In this document: one piece after another, positions 36,687 to 46,867 of the stretch
Layout of the letters: the number at the start of each line of letters is the position of its first letter
Numbering within the stretch: the first letter of the stretch is position 1
DNA from: a virus
Lineage: Duplodnaviria > Heunggongvirae > Uroviricota > Caudoviricetes
Reading direction: 5' to 3' (one strand)
Length of the DNA: 64,000 nucleotides
Virus record (IMG/VR): IMGVR_UViG_2700989044_000001
Span: 11,683-75,682 of that record
Notes under the pieces: model-generated
The model's database searches: none
What the model saw: only the letters and a program-made list of their open reading frames with translations
What the model was told of the DNA's origin: nothing
Translations under genes and position numbers: made by a program

Positions 36687-38315
36687 TTGAAGAATATACT
36701 TAATAATTTTCCATTTGAAACTGTAAGAGATAGACAGGAAGAGGTCATTAAGAAATTAGAAGATAATTGGGATAAATATAAGTGCTTTGTTGTTGAAGCA
36801 CCCACAGGCTTTGGAAAGTCGCCAGTTGCAAACGCTATAGGTATGAGTGTTGATAGTACATTTTTATTGACTTCAACAAAACAACTTCAAAATCAATACA
36901 TTGAAGATTTTGGAAGTAAAGAAGTTGTAGATTTAAAAGGTAAAGCTAATTATAGATGTAATATAGAACCAGGGTTAAATGTGGAGTGTGGACCTTGTAC
37001 TGTCAATAAAGATTTATTGAAAAACTGTAAAGACAATGGTATTTGTTCCTACTACACTCAAAGAGAAAAAACTTTAAATGCAAATATAGCGGTTTTAAAT
37101 ACTTCATTCTTTTTATACGCTACAACTTGTGGTAGATATTTTAAACCACGCGATGTTATTATTGTTGATGAATGCCATTTGTTGGAATCACAATTAGTCC
37201 AATGGGCAACAACTTTAATTTCTCCCACAATATTAGAAGAAGAATATGATATTAAAGTTCCAAAATATAAAGAAGCATCTGGTTATAATGCTAACAAAAG
37301 ATGGTTAAATAAAGTTTGGAAGATCATTATTGATAGAAGAATTGAGTTAGAAGAAGAAATAAAAGAAATGTTAGATGGACAAGATCCAAATACTATGAGT
37401 GAAGACTTATTAGAAGAAGTAACTATTTCACATAGTGCATACTATAAAATAGATAAATTGTATAAAACAATGGAAAGATTCTTTAAATCTACTAATAAAG
37501 AATCATGGTTATGTGAGCCTCAAGATGATGGTTTAATAGTTACACCTGTTGAAGTATCAGACTTGTTCCAAAGATTTATAGCGTCTCAATCATTAGAGAA
37601 AGTTGTATTCATGAGTGCTACGATTTTAGATATGGTTGGTTTTTGTAAAACTTTTGGAATTAAGAAAGAAGAAGTTGGTTTGTTAAAAGTTGAATCAGAG
37701 TTCCCACCTGAAAAATCTCCAATTATCTATAAGCCTTGTGGTTCTATGAATATGAAAAATATTGATGCTACTATGCCAAATGTAATAGAAACTATAAGAG
37801 ATATTTTAGCAAAACACCCTAATGAAAAAGCTGTCATTCATTCTTCTAATTATAAAATAGCAGAACAAATATACCAAGCTTTAAATGACCCAAGATTAAT
37901 TATCAAACAAGAAGGCGAAAACAATGAAATGATTATTAAGAAACACATGGAAAGTACAGAGCCTACTGTTTTGTTATCTCCTTCTTTGACTACTGGAACT
38001 GATTTAAAAGATGATTTAAGTAGATTTCAGATTATAGTTAAAATGCCTTTCTTATCTTTAGCTGATCAAAGGGTTGCTAGAAAAAATGAATTAAATAACG
38101 ATTGGTATGTAGCTGAAATGCTTAGGACAGTTGTACAGGCAGCTGGTAGAAGTACCAGGAATGAAAATGATTGGTCTGTTACTTATGTTTTAGATTCTTC
38201 ATTTTATTACTTTATTGTAAAATATAGACGTTGGCTGTCTAAAAACTTCTTACAAAGAATTAAATTTAAAAGTTCTGATTTTGATATTGAGAAATTTAAA
38301 GATGAAAATAAATAA
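36687..38315 (+). CDS. SF2 DNA helicase, DinG/Rad3-like (DEAH box)
   Basis: VVEAPTGFGKS Walker A, IIVDECHLL DEAH box, VQAAGRSTRN motif VI; TTG start after AAGGGTGAAG. Confidence 0.75.
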   Translation: MKNILNNFPFETVRDRQEEVIKKLEDNWDKYKCFVVEAPTGFGKSPVANAIGMSVDSTFLLTSTKQLQNQYIEDFGSKEVVDLKGKANYRCNIEPGLNVECGPCTVNKDLLKNCKDNGICSYYTQREKTLNANIAVLNTSFFLYATTCGRYFKPRDVIIVDECHLLESQLVQWATTLISPTILEEEYDIKVPKYKEASGYNANKRWLNKVWKIIIDRRIELEEEIKEMLDGQDPNTMSEDLLEEVTISHSAYYKIDKLYKTMERFFKSTNKESWLCEPQDDGLIVTPVEVSDLFQRFIASQSLEKVVFMSATILDMVGFCKTFGIKKEEVGLLKVESEFPPEKSPIIYKPCGSMNMKNIDATMPNVIETIRDILAKHPNEKAVIHSSNYKIAEQIYQALNDPRLIIKQEGENNEMIIKKHMESTEPTVLLSPSLTTGTDLKDDLSRFQIIVKMPFLSLADQRVARKNELNNDWYVAEMLRTVVQAAGRSTRNENDWSVTYVLDSSFYYFIVKYRRWLSKNFLQRIKFKSSDFDIEKFKDENK

Positions 38316-38368
38316 GTTTTGAAAACAGTTTACATTAACCATATCATGTTATATAATATAAATATAAC

Positions 38369-38668
38369 ATGATATGGTTTGAGAAAGGAATGAGAAAAAT
38401 GATCAGAGGATTCCTACAGTTGTTTTCTAAAAGTGTTAAATCCTTTAATGCTAAATTTTCAGGAACTTTTCTTAGTTTTAACCTTGATGATCAAAATGAA
38501 AAGATTTTGATGAATAAGATTAAAGAGGTAATGGAACTTGAAAAAGACAATAAGATTCAAGCATTAGAAGTTAGTGAAACTTATAGTGGTACTAAACGCG
38601 GTTATAGAATTTTAGTTAAGTATCTTGGAAGCGACATTATTAAAACGTATTATGTTAATAAAAAATAG
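38369..38668 (+). CDS. hypothetical protein
   Basis: ORF only. Confidence 0.4.
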   Translation: MIWFEKGMRKMIRGFLQLFSKSVKSFNAKFSGTFLSFNLDDQNEKILMNKIKEVMELEKDNKIQALEVSETYSGTKRGYRILVKYLGSDIIKTYYVNKK

Positions 38669-38671
38669 GAG

Positions 38672-38941
38672 TTGAGTATTTTGAAAAACATAACCTTTTC
38701 TGATGAATTAATGGAATTGTTCAAACACTCTCAATTTTTTAAACATGAAGCAAAATTAGTAAATTTAAATTCTGGTAAAGAAGTTGATATTGAACCAGAT
38801 GAAGATGGTTACGTATATATTCCAGAAGTAACTGAATTTTCTCCAACTTCATTAGTTAAAAATGGTGATGATGAAGATGCTCAACATGATTATGTTTTTA
38901 TGGTAAAATTGATTAATGAATTTAGAAATCAAGCAAAATAA
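38672..38941 (+). CDS. hypothetical protein
   Basis: TTG start after AGGAG. Confidence 0.4.
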   Translation: MSILKNITFSDELMELFKHSQFFKHEAKLVNLNSGKEVDIEPDEDGYVYIPEVTEFSPTSLVKNGDDEDAQHDYVFMVKLINEFRNQAK

Positions 38942-38964
38942 AAAAAGATAAGGTGGTTAATAAA

Positions 38965-39366
38965 ATGAGTGGAGAAATTATTATTGGTCAAACAGCAAAT
39001 AAAGAAGTAGAACAAATTGATGATATTCATCGTTTAGTTAACTCTTTTGCTACAAATCGAAAACTTTCAGGTCAAGAAGTTTTAGTTAAAAAAATCAACA
39101 ATGGTGATGGTTCTATTGTACGTGTTGAGAGGCATGATCATAAATTATTAGAAGTAAAATACAGTGAAAGTATGTTCCAAATTAACGTTATCTTCAATTT
39201 ACAACCAGTATTAGATGATCAACTTATTCGAACAGTTAAAAATTTAGCAGAAGTAGATAAAGAAGATTTAGATCGATTCTTTATTGAAGAAGATAAAAAT
39301 ACTTACGGTGCGATTTTGTTTGGCTTTGACCAATTTAAAGAATTGTTTCCAAAGATGTATTCTTAA
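38965..39366 (+). CDS. hypothetical protein
   Basis: ATG after AAGGTGG. Confidence 0.4.
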   Translation: MSGEIIIGQTANKEVEQIDDIHRLVNSFATNRKLSGQEVLVKKINNGDGSIVRVERHDHKLLEVKYSESMFQINVIFNLQPVLDDQLIRTVKNLAEVDKEDLDRFFIEEDKNTYGAILFGFDQFKELFPKMYS

Positions 39367-39389
39367 TAAAAGTTAAAGAAGGTGCCTTT

Positions 39390-39602
39390 ATGAAACATTC
39401 TGACTTAGAAGAATTAGCTCAAGAGACTGTCAAGTATGCAATGGAAAATGAAATGGATGAATTCTGTTTTTTTAATGGCGTTGGAATAGATTCTATATTT
39501 TATAAAGTATATAATGACTTAGCAAATAAAAATCTTATTGTTGGTAGTATGTTTGCCATGTTATTAGAAAACAAATATGAAATCAAAATTCCAATAAAAT
39601 AG
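39390..39602 (+). CDS. hypothetical protein
   Basis: ORF after GAAGGTG. Confidence 0.4.
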   Translation: MKHSDLEELAQETVKYAMENEMDEFCFFNGVGIDSIFYKVYNDLANKNLIVGSMFAMLLENKYEIKIPIK

Positions 39603-39712
39603 CTTATATTGATTTTTTAGATTAATTATTTAGGTTCCATAAATATATTCAGATTTGGTTCAGAATTCAACTCTGATTCATCTAGATTAATTGAATAATA
39701 TATATATAATAA

Positions 39713-39747
39713 TAAAAACCGTACTGAATCCAGTACGGTTTTTTTAT
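39713..39747. terminator. bidirectional rho-independent terminator
   Basis: AAAAACCGTACTG-AATC-CAGTACGGTTTTTTT between convergent genes. Confidence 0.8.
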
Positions 39748-39748
39748 A

Positions 39749-40450
39749 TTAGTTCTGCTCTTCTATTTCATCTTCTTGAAGTTGTTCAGATAAGCAGTTG
39801 TTGAATTTTTCTTCATCTTCTTTTCTGATGTATTTAAAGCCCCATTCTTCAGAACTGTTTTGAGCTATCAGCAATAAATGTTTTTCTTCACTATAACTCT
39901 CTATTTCTTCATCATCAGTTTCTAATGCTAAGAATTTCATGCCGCCAACCATCTTTTTAACTTCAACCCAAAGTAGTTTATGTGATTCTGCATAATTATC
40001 AAATTCATCAAGTAGAATACTAAAGTCGTCTAACAAATCATTGTAAAATTCTAATTGATTTAAAATTTTCATTGTTTGTTTTGGGTTAGACTTGTGAATA
40101 TATAATGGCTCTGGTAGGTCTTCTAAAAGAATTTCTTCATCTTCAAATTCTTCGTCACTTTTGCCTTTCTTTAGATCTTCCACATTATAAATTTCTATTT
40201 TGTGATTTTCTCTAACGAATATAGCTTGTTTAGATTGTTCGAAGTTTTCAAGACCTAGAACATTACTTAAATACATATTGACACGTTTATCTGCAGCAAC
40301 GATGTCTTCGTTCATTTCTTCTAATTCACTTTCTAAACTTTTTAATTGGATAGTAACTTCTGCAATTTCTTTTGCGTATTTCTTAATTTGCTTATTACCA
40401 TCAATCTCCCATATTGGGACATTTGAAATTATCTTTTTAAAATCAGACAT
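39749..40450 (-). CDS. hypothetical acidic coiled-coil protein
   Basis: 233-aa minus-strand ORF with RBS AGAGAGGTAC. Confidence 0.5.
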   Translation of the reverse strand: MSDFKKIISNVPIWEIDGNKQIKKYAKEIAEVTIQLKSLESELEEMNEDIVAADKRVNMYLSNVLGLENFEQSKQAIFVRENHKIEIYNVEDLKKGKSDEEFEDEEILLEDLPEPLYIHKSNPKQTMKILNQLEFYNDLLDDFSILLDEFDNYAESHKLLWVEVKKMVGGMKFLALETDDEEIESYSEEKHLLLIAQNSSEEWGFKYIRKEDEEKFNNCLSEQLQEDEIEEQN

Positions 40451-40636
40451 ACTTGTACCTCTCTTTCGGGTTAAAATTGATTAATAGGACTATATTATTA
40501 TAATTAGTTTTAACGTGCTTTTTATACTAATTCTTAAGAAATAAAATTTTTTATTCTTAGCTATTACAAAAAACAATACTTGTTGTATTAAATAAATGAA
40601 AGGAGGCGATAAAAAAAGTCGGGAGGTGAGGGTCGT

Positions 40637-41116
40637 ATGCATATTTCTAAAGTTAATGATATTTTAGATTCAATCAAGGAGATTGATGTTGCAACATACG
40701 ATCATTTAGAGCGTACAGCTATGTTTACTTTTGCTATTGCGAAAGAGTTAAAATTTGAGTCAAAACAAATGGAACAAGCTTATTTTGCCGGTTTATTGCA
40801 TGATATTGGTGTTTTATCTGCTACTAATAGAAACAAAAAAGAATGCGCTGAGTTTGGTAGTTTAATGTTAAGATTTGTTGACGATTCAAAATTCTTATCA
40901 GACGTTATTAAACACATGCATGATTTCTATTTACAAGAAGAGAGTTTTAATACTTTACTTTCTGAAATAGTAGCTGTTTCCAGTGAATACGATGAACTTA
41001 AGAATGTAGAAGGTTTAGAGTATGACAAAGTTTTTGAAGTTCTTAAATCAAAGAAATATCAAGATAGAATATTAGACAGTTTTGATAAAGTTTTAAAGAA
41101 AGAAGAATTAATTTAA
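40637..41116 (+). CDS. HD domain phosphohydrolase
   Basis: H...LLHDIGV HD motif; RBS GGGAGGTGAGGG. Confidence 0.6.
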   Translation: MHISKVNDILDSIKEIDVATYDHLERTAMFTFAIAKELKFESKQMEQAYFAGLLHDIGVLSATNRNKKECAEFGSLMLRFVDDSKFLSDVIKHMHDFYLQEESFNTLLSEIVAVSSEYDELKNVEGLEYDKVFEVLKSKKYQDRILDSFDKVLKKEELI

Positions 41117-41135
41117 ACTTAAAAAACCGCCTTCG

Positions 41136-41168
41136 AAAACAGCTATTGAGTTAGCTGTTTTTTTATTT
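41136..41168 (+). terminator. rho-independent terminator
   Basis: AAACAGCTA-TTGAG-TTAGCTGTTT followed by T6. Confidence 0.8.
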
Positions 41169-41269
41169 GTAAAAAGTGATACAAATAGGTACAACAAAAG
41201 TAATTTATATATAATAAAAAAACAGCAATCTTCCCTTGTAAAAATTTTGAGGATTTTCAATTTTAAAAA

Positions 41270-41310
41270 GAAGATGTTATTTAACTTCACAGAGATTCTA
41301 TATCTTCTGT
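41270..41310 (+). promoter_or_regulatory. imperfect palindrome upstream of the nrd operon (candidate NrdR-box-like operator)
   Basis: AGAAGAT...ACAGAGATTCTATATCTTCTGT inverted symmetry about 60 nt upstream of nrdH. Confidence 0.25.
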
Positions 41311-41370
41311 ACCTGGGAGATTCAAGTTGAATTTCTACAAGAACGAATACAATTTCAAGGAGGCAATAAG

Positions 41371-41601
41371 ATGAAAGTTGTTGTTTACTCACAACCAGAT
41401 TGTGGGCCATGTAAAATGGTAAAAGCTTATTTAAATCATAAAGGCATTGATTTTGAGGAAAAGAATATTAGAGAAGATGAAGCCGCTTACAAAGAATTAG
41501 TTGCTCAAAATTTCTCAAAAACTCCAGTTACTTTTATTGATGGCGAACCAGTAGTTGATTTTAACATTGAAGAATTAAATTCAAAATTAAATATAGAATA
41601 G
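41371..41601 (+). CDS. nrdH: NrdH-like glutaredoxin
   Basis: CGPC redox motif, 76 aa, first gene of the nrd operon; RBS CAAGGAGG. Confidence 0.75.
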   Translation: MKVVVYSQPDCGPCKMVKAYLNHKGIDFEEKNIREDEAAYKELVAQNFSKTPVTFIDGEPVVDFNIEELNSKLNIE

Positions 41602-41701
41602 TTTAATTGGCTATAAACTATATAAGACTTTTAACATATAATAAACATTAACAATAAAAACTTGCAATGAGCGTAGTTTGTAAGATTGGAGGTGTTTTGA
41701 G

Positions 41702-42073
41702 TTGTTAATAGCGTACGATTCTAAAACAGGAAACGTTCAACGTTTCATAAATAAACTGGATATGAATGCTATTAGAATTGAAGAAGATTTAATCTTAAGT
41801 GAACCTTTTATATTAGTTACTTATACAACTAACTTTGGACAGGTTCCAAAGAAAACTGCTAGTTTTTTAAAGAACAATCATACAAATTTAATTGGCGTCG
41901 CTTCAAGCGGAAATAAAAATTGGGGAGATAATTTCTGTAAAAGTGCCGTTAAAATATCAGATATGTATAGAATCCCTATAGTTCTTAAGTTTGAACTATC
42001 TGGCACAAATAATGATGTGCAAAAATTTAAAGACGAGGTGGCAAAAATTGAATCACATAGAACTAAACAATGA
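41702..42073 (+). CDS. nrdI: NrdI flavodoxin-like protein
   Basis: MLIAYDSKTGNVQRF matches the NrdI N-terminus; RBS GGAGGTG. Confidence 0.8.
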   Translation: MLIAYDSKTGNVQRFINKLDMNAIRIEEDLILSEPFILVTYTTNFGQVPKKTASFLKNNHTNLIGVASSGNKNWGDNFCKSAVKISDMYRIPIVLKFELSGTNNDVQKFKDEVAKIESHRTKQ

Positions 42074-44135
42074 GATTACAATGAGAGGAGAAGATGGATT
42101 TTTCCAACTTCACAAAGATAAAGAAGCAGTTGAAGCTTTTAGAAAAGAGCTAGAAACTAAAAAAATTAAATTTAAAGATGTAGAAGAAAAAATCAACTAC
42201 ATGATTAATAACGACTACTACTTTAATGTTTTAGAACAATATACTATGGATCAAATCAAAAAGATTTATTCTACATTGTATGCTTATAACTTTAAATTCC
42301 AATCATATATGGCGATTTCAAAGTTTTATAAAGATTATGCTTTAAAAACAAACGATAAAAAATTCTACTTAGAATCTTATGAAGATCGTATTGCTATTGT
42401 TTCTTTATTCTTAGGACAAGGTAATTTCAATAAAGCAAAAAGTTTAGCTGTTTCTATGATTGAACAAAGATACCAACCAGCTACTCCAACTTTCCTAAAT
42501 GCTGGTAGAAGCAGACGCGGAGAAATGGTTTCTTGTTTCTTATTAGAAATGGATGATAGCTTGAATTCAATTGGTTTCAATATCAATACTGCAATGCAAT
42601 TATCTAAAATTGGCGGCGGCGTTGCCTTAAACCTTTCTAAACTTAGAGGAAGAAAAGAGCAAATTAAAGGTATTGATGATGCTGCTTCTGGAGTAGTACC
42701 AGTTATGAAACTTTTAGAAGATAGCTTCTCTTATGCTAATCAGCTTGGCCAAAGAAAAGGCGCTGGAGCTGTTTACTTAAACATCTTCCACTGGGATATT
42801 ATTGAATTCTTAGATACTAAAAAGATCAATGCTGATGAAAAAGCCAGAATTCAATCTTTATCTATTGGATTAATTGCTGAAAAAATCTTCTTCCAATTAG
42901 CAAAAAGAAACGAAGAAATGTATGTTTTTGCTCCTCACTCGGTTTACAGAGCTTATGGTGAACATTTAGATGACATGGATTTAAATGTTATGTATGATAA
43001 GTTAGTTAAAAACCCAGCTGTTAAGAAACGTAAGTTAAATTTAACTGCTCGCGAAATGCTTATTAAAATTGCTATTATTCAATTAGAATCTGGCTACCCT
43101 TATTTTATGTACAAAACTAACGCTAATGATACTCACGCATTAAAAGATATTGGCCAAGTTAAAATGAGTAATCTTTGTACGGAAATCTTCCAATTACAAG
43201 AGACATCTACTATTAATAACTATGGTACTGATGATGAAATCAAGAGAGATATCAACTGTAATTTAGGTTCATTAAATATTGTTAATGTAATGGAATTAAA
43301 AGCAATTAGAGATTCAGTTCATGCTGGTGTCGAAGCATTAACATCAGTTTCTGATATTACTTCAATTGAAAATGCCCCTACAGTTAAGAAAGCTAATGAT
43401 GAACTTCACGCTATTGGTTTGGGTTCTATGAACTTACACGGATGGTTAGCTAAAAATAAAATTAATTACGAATCTCCTGAAGCTCTAGATTTCGTTAGAA
43501 CTTTCTATATGGCAGTAAACTACTATTCTATTGAGAAAAGTATGATGATCGCTAAAGAAACTGGGGTTAAGTTTAAAGACTTTGAAAGATCAGAATATGC
43601 AAAAGGTACTTATTTTGCTAAATATCTTAAAAACGATTACTCTCCTAGAACTGAAAAAATCAAACAAATGTTTGATGGAATTGAAATTCCTTCTCAATCA
43701 GATTGGGAGAATTTAATGTTTGATGTTAAGAAATATGGTTTATACCATGCTTACCGTCTGGCAACAGCACCAACACAAAGTATTTCTTATATTCAAAATG
43801 CAACGCCAAGTGTTATGCCAATTGTAGATCATATTGAAGCTAGAACATATGCTAACTCTACAACATACTATCCAATGCCTTATTTGTCATTAGATACTTT
43901 CTGGTATTATAAATCAGCATATAATACAAATCAATTTAAATTAATTGACATTATTGCTGAAATGCAAGAACATGTAGACCAAGGTATTAGTACAATTTTA
44001 TATGTAAATAGCGATATTACCACTAGCGAATTAGCTAGATATTATATTTATGCAAGTGAAAAAGGATTAAAGAGTCTTTACTACACTAGAACGAATAATT
44101 TAGGTGTTAACGAATGTGAGACTTGTTCAGTTTAA
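42048..44135 (+). CDS. nrdE: ribonucleoside-diphosphate reductase class Ib alpha subunit
   Basis: Colinear with Bacillus NrdE along its length (NNEIT..KDKEAV...PTFLNAGR...NLCTEI...CETCSV); TTG at 42048 after GAGGTGG, overlapping the nrdI end (ORF-track 41991 start rejected); no intron or intein. Confidence 0.85.
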   Translation: MNHIELNNEITMRGEDGFFQLHKDKEAVEAFRKELETKKIKFKDVEEKINYMINNDYYFNVLEQYTMDQIKKIYSTLYAYNFKFQSYMAISKFYKDYALKTNDKKFYLESYEDRIAIVSLFLGQGNFNKAKSLAVSMIEQRYQPATPTFLNAGRSRRGEMVSCFLLEMDDSLNSIGFNINTAMQLSKIGGGVALNLSKLRGRKEQIKGIDDAASGVVPVMKLLEDSFSYANQLGQRKGAGAVYLNIFHWDIIEFLDTKKINADEKARIQSLSIGLIAEKIFFQLAKRNEEMYVFAPHSVYRAYGEHLDDMDLNVMYDKLVKNPAVKKRKLNLTAREMLIKIAIIQLESGYPYFMYKTNANDTHALKDIGQVKMSNLCTEIFQLQETSTINNYGTDDEIKRDINCNLGSLNIVNVMELKAIRDSVHAGVEALTSVSDITSIENAPTVKKANDELHAIGLGSMNLHGWLAKNKINYESPEALDFVRTFYMAVNYYSIEKSMMIAKETGVKFKDFERSEYAKGTYFAKYLKNDYSPRTEKIKQMFDGIEIPSQSDWENLMFDVKKYGLYHAYRLATAPTQSISYIQNATPSVMPIVDHIEARTYANSTTYYPMPYLSLDTFWYYKSAYNTNQFKLIDIIAEMQEHVDQGISTILYVNSDITTSELARYYIYASEKGLKSLYYTRTNNLGVNECETCSV

Positions 44136-44210
44136 TTAGTTTTAAAATATCAGCTTCTATTAATTTAGAAGCTGATATATAAATTTTAAAATATGAGGTG
44201 TATGAATAGA

Positions 44211-45182
44211 ATGGCACGTGGCGTCAATTGGAATAAATTAGAAGATGAATATAGTTTAATGTTCTGGAAGCAAAATATTTCGCAATTCTGGACCGAAGAA
44301 GAAATTGCAATTTCTTCAGATAAAAATACTTGGTTCGATTTAACTAAAGCTGAAAAGAAAGCTTATAAAAATATACTAGGTGGTCTTACTTTACTTGACA
44401 CTAAACAAGGTGGAGAAGGTATGCCGCTTATCTTGCTTCACACTAAGAATCTACAAGCAAAAGCAGTTTTAGCTTTCATGGGGGCAATGGAAGAAATTCA
44501 CGCTAAGAGCTATTCTAGTATCTTTACCACTCTCGTTGCTGAAGATGAAATTGAAGATATTTTTGAATGGGTAGATAAAAATCCACAATTAACTACAAAA
44601 TCAGATTTAATTACTCAAAGATACCATGCTTTGTTTAAACCGCAAGTTACTAATAAAGAACTCTATATGGCGATGGTTGCTTCTGTATTCCTTGAAAGTT
44701 ATCTTTTCTATAGTGGTTTCTTCTATCCATTATACTTAGCTGGCCAAGGGAAAATGACAGCTTCTGGTGAAATTATTAACTTGATTATTCGTGATGAATC
44801 TATCCATGGAGTATTTGTTGGTATGCTTGCACAAGAGGTTTATTCTCAAATGTCAGAGCAAGAACAAAAAGAAGTAGATAAAGAAACTTATGATTTGTTG
44901 ATTGATTTATATGAAAATGAATTGGTTTATACAGAAGAGATTTATTCTGAAATTGGTTTAGTTGATGAAGTTAGGAAATTTGTTCGTTATAATGCCAATA
45001 AAGCTCTTATGAATTTAGCTTTAGAACCCTACTTTGAAGAGGAAGAAATTAACCCAATCGTATTTAATGGTTTGAAAACAAATACTAAAAATCATGATTT
45101 CTTCTCAGTTAAAGGTAATGGGTATATTAAAACTTTAAACATTACGCAATTAAAAGACGAAGATTTCAACTTTAACTTTTAA
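44211..45182 (+). CDS. nrdF: ribonucleoside-diphosphate reductase class Ib beta subunit
   Basis: Matches Bacillus NrdF (VNWNKLEDE...FWTEEEIA...SGEIINLIIRDESIHG...NANKALMNL); ATG 44211 is 9 nt after GAGGTG. Confidence 0.85.
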   Translation: MARGVNWNKLEDEYSLMFWKQNISQFWTEEEIAISSDKNTWFDLTKAEKKAYKNILGGLTLLDTKQGGEGMPLILLHTKNLQAKAVLAFMGAMEEIHAKSYSSIFTTLVAEDEIEDIFEWVDKNPQLTTKSDLITQRYHALFKPQVTNKELYMAMVASVFLESYLFYSGFFYPLYLAGQGKMTASGEIINLIIRDESIHGVFVGMLAQEVYSQMSEQEQKEVDKETYDLLIDLYENELVYTEEIYSEIGLVDEVRKFVRYNANKALMNLALEPYFEEEEINPIVFNGLKTNTKNHDFFSVKGNGYIKTLNITQLKDEDFNFNF

Positions 45183-45186
45183 TCAT

Positions 45187-45226
45187 TAAACCTACTTGGA
45201 CTTTAATTCAAGTAGGTTTAATTTTC
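45187..45226 (+). terminator. rho-independent terminator
   Basis: AAACCTACTTG...CAAGTAGGTTT hairpin followed by T-run. Confidence 0.8.
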
Positions 45227-45345
45227 TTTAATTTTTGTAAATAAAAATATTAATTTTAAATATAATTTTAATGTAATTACTTATTAATTTCTGAGAAAGA
45301 AAATTAACAGTTTATATAAAGGATAAAAAGGAGTTTTTATTTGCA

Positions 45346-45921
45346 ATGAGAAAAAGATGGAATAAAGAAGAAGATAAAGAGTTACTATCATATATTTTAA
45401 AATTCGTAGAAGAAGGAAATTCCTTAAGAGAAGCTGTGAAATTAGCGAGCGAAGAAATTAATAGAACATTTGAATCTTGTTACGCTAGATGGAATAATTT
45501 CCTAAGAATAGAGTATGAAGATCGATTAGAAACAGCAAAGTCATCTGCAAAAGAAAATGGAAATGTCTTTTATGAAAAATGGACTTCAGATGATGATGAA
45601 ATGTTAGCCGATATTATTTTAAATGAAATTAGTAACGGTAGCTCTACTAGAAAGGCGGTCAACGCTTCTGCTAAGAAACTAAATAGATCCTTTACTTCTT
45701 GCTATAATAGATGGCAAACAGTTGTAAGTAAGCGTTTTGAACAAAAATTTGTTTTTAAAGATTGTGAAAATGAAAGTAATAATGACTTAGAAAACTTAAA
45801 AGAAAGATTTTTACTTTTAGAGAATAATTTTCATAATGTTCTAGAACAAAATGAAAAAATTATTGCGCAAAATGAAGAATTATTTAAGATGTTACAAAAA
45901 GAGAAAGGGACTAATAGCTAA
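45346..45921 (+). CDS. RsfA-family (Myb/SANT-like) transcriptional regulator, two repeats
   Basis: RWNKEEDKELL...LREAV...NRTFESCYARWNN and a second WTSDDDEML...NRSFTSCYNRWQT repeat, as in Bacillus prespore regulator RsfA. Confidence 0.6.
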   Translation: MRKRWNKEEDKELLSYILKFVEEGNSLREAVKLASEEINRTFESCYARWNNFLRIEYEDRLETAKSSAKENGNVFYEKWTSDDDEMLADIILNEISNGSSTRKAVNASAKKLNRSFTSCYNRWQTVVSKRFEQKFVFKDCENESNNDLENLKERFLLLENNFHNVLEQNEKIIAQNEELFKMLQKEKGTNS

Positions 45922-45938
45922 TATTAGTCCTTTTTTTA
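45906..45938 (+). terminator. rho-independent terminator overlapping the stop codon
   Basis: GGACTAATA-GC-TAATATTAGTCC followed by T7. Confidence 0.65.
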
Positions 45939-46080
45939 TATAAATTGGTTATTATGTAAAAAATTGACAATAATGTGGATGAGTTTTTTAACTATTTTGT
46001 TAATTTATTATATAATACATGTATACGCAAAGGGGTAAAAACTACGAACGTAGTATAAATTAATGTAGGGGGAGTTTCGT

Positions 46081-46446
46081 TTGTCTAAAAGATGGACAGC
46101 AGAAGAAGATAAATTGTTAGCAGTATTAATGCTAAAATATATACAAGGTGGGGAGAGTGTTAGAAAATCCGCTCTAATTGCTTCAAAAGAAATGAAAAAT
46201 AGAACATATGAAGCATGTTATACAAGATGGACTAAGACTTTAAAAAAGAAAAATGATTCCCCTTTGAAAAAAGAAGATTATGATAAAGCTTTCATAACTT
46301 TAATAATTGATCTTTTTAAAGAAAACCAACTATTGAGTTATAGACTAACTGGGTTAGAAAGAAAATATCAAAAAATAGAGAAAAAAATAGAAATAGAACA
46401 AAAACCAGTTAGAAGAATAGGGTTTCTTATTGAAGAGAATGAATAA
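46081..46446 (+). CDS. RsfA-family (Myb/SANT-like) transcriptional regulator, single repeat
   Basis: RWTAEEDKLL...NRTYEACYTRWTK; TTG start after GGGGGAG. Confidence 0.55.
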   Translation: MSKRWTAEEDKLLAVLMLKYIQGGESVRKSALIASKEMKNRTYEACYTRWTKTLKKKNDSPLKKEDYDKAFITLIIDLFKENQLLSYRLTGLERKYQKIEKKIEIEQKPVRRIGFLIEENE

Positions 46447-46867
46447 TTCTCTTTTCTTTTTGTAGTTCTTTATTAATTTATACTATGTTAAAAAAATGAA
46501 TATTTTGTTAAAACTATGTGACTAAATATATATTATTTATTATCTCAATTTTACAGTTCAAGCTAGAAAATACATCAAAAAAAAGATAGTTGAAAAATAA
46601 AAATAAAAAAATTAAAAATAACTGTTATAAAAAGTGATAGTTATGTATATAATATAATCAAATAAAACAATTGAACGAAAGTTGAGAGGTGAAAGATAAT
46701 GATGAAATGTTCGTGGTTTGAATTTGATACTGATTTTACGGATGTATTTTATTGCGAATATACATTTTATTCATTATACACTTTTTTAGATATACGAAAA
46801 CAACTCCAGAAAAGCAGAGGATGTCTTACATAAACTAGATTTAGTTTAGATATCATAAAAAATGCTC

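Noticed and set aside
41991-42047. ORF-track N-terminal extensions, for example nrdE from 41991, 10931-11083, 21062-21121, 57373-57402, 61973-62024, 59217-59246 and 49073-49120
   Set aside because: The extended N-termini overlap upstream genes or lack an RBS. Homology to NrdE, GuaC and MazG starts at internal start codons that have good Shine-Dalgarno spacing.
42048-45182. Group I introns or inteins in nrdE, nrdF and thyA, as in Bacillus SPbeta and many large phages
   Set aside because: All three ORFs are continuous and colinear with their bacterial homologs at normal lengths (695, 323 and 278 aa).
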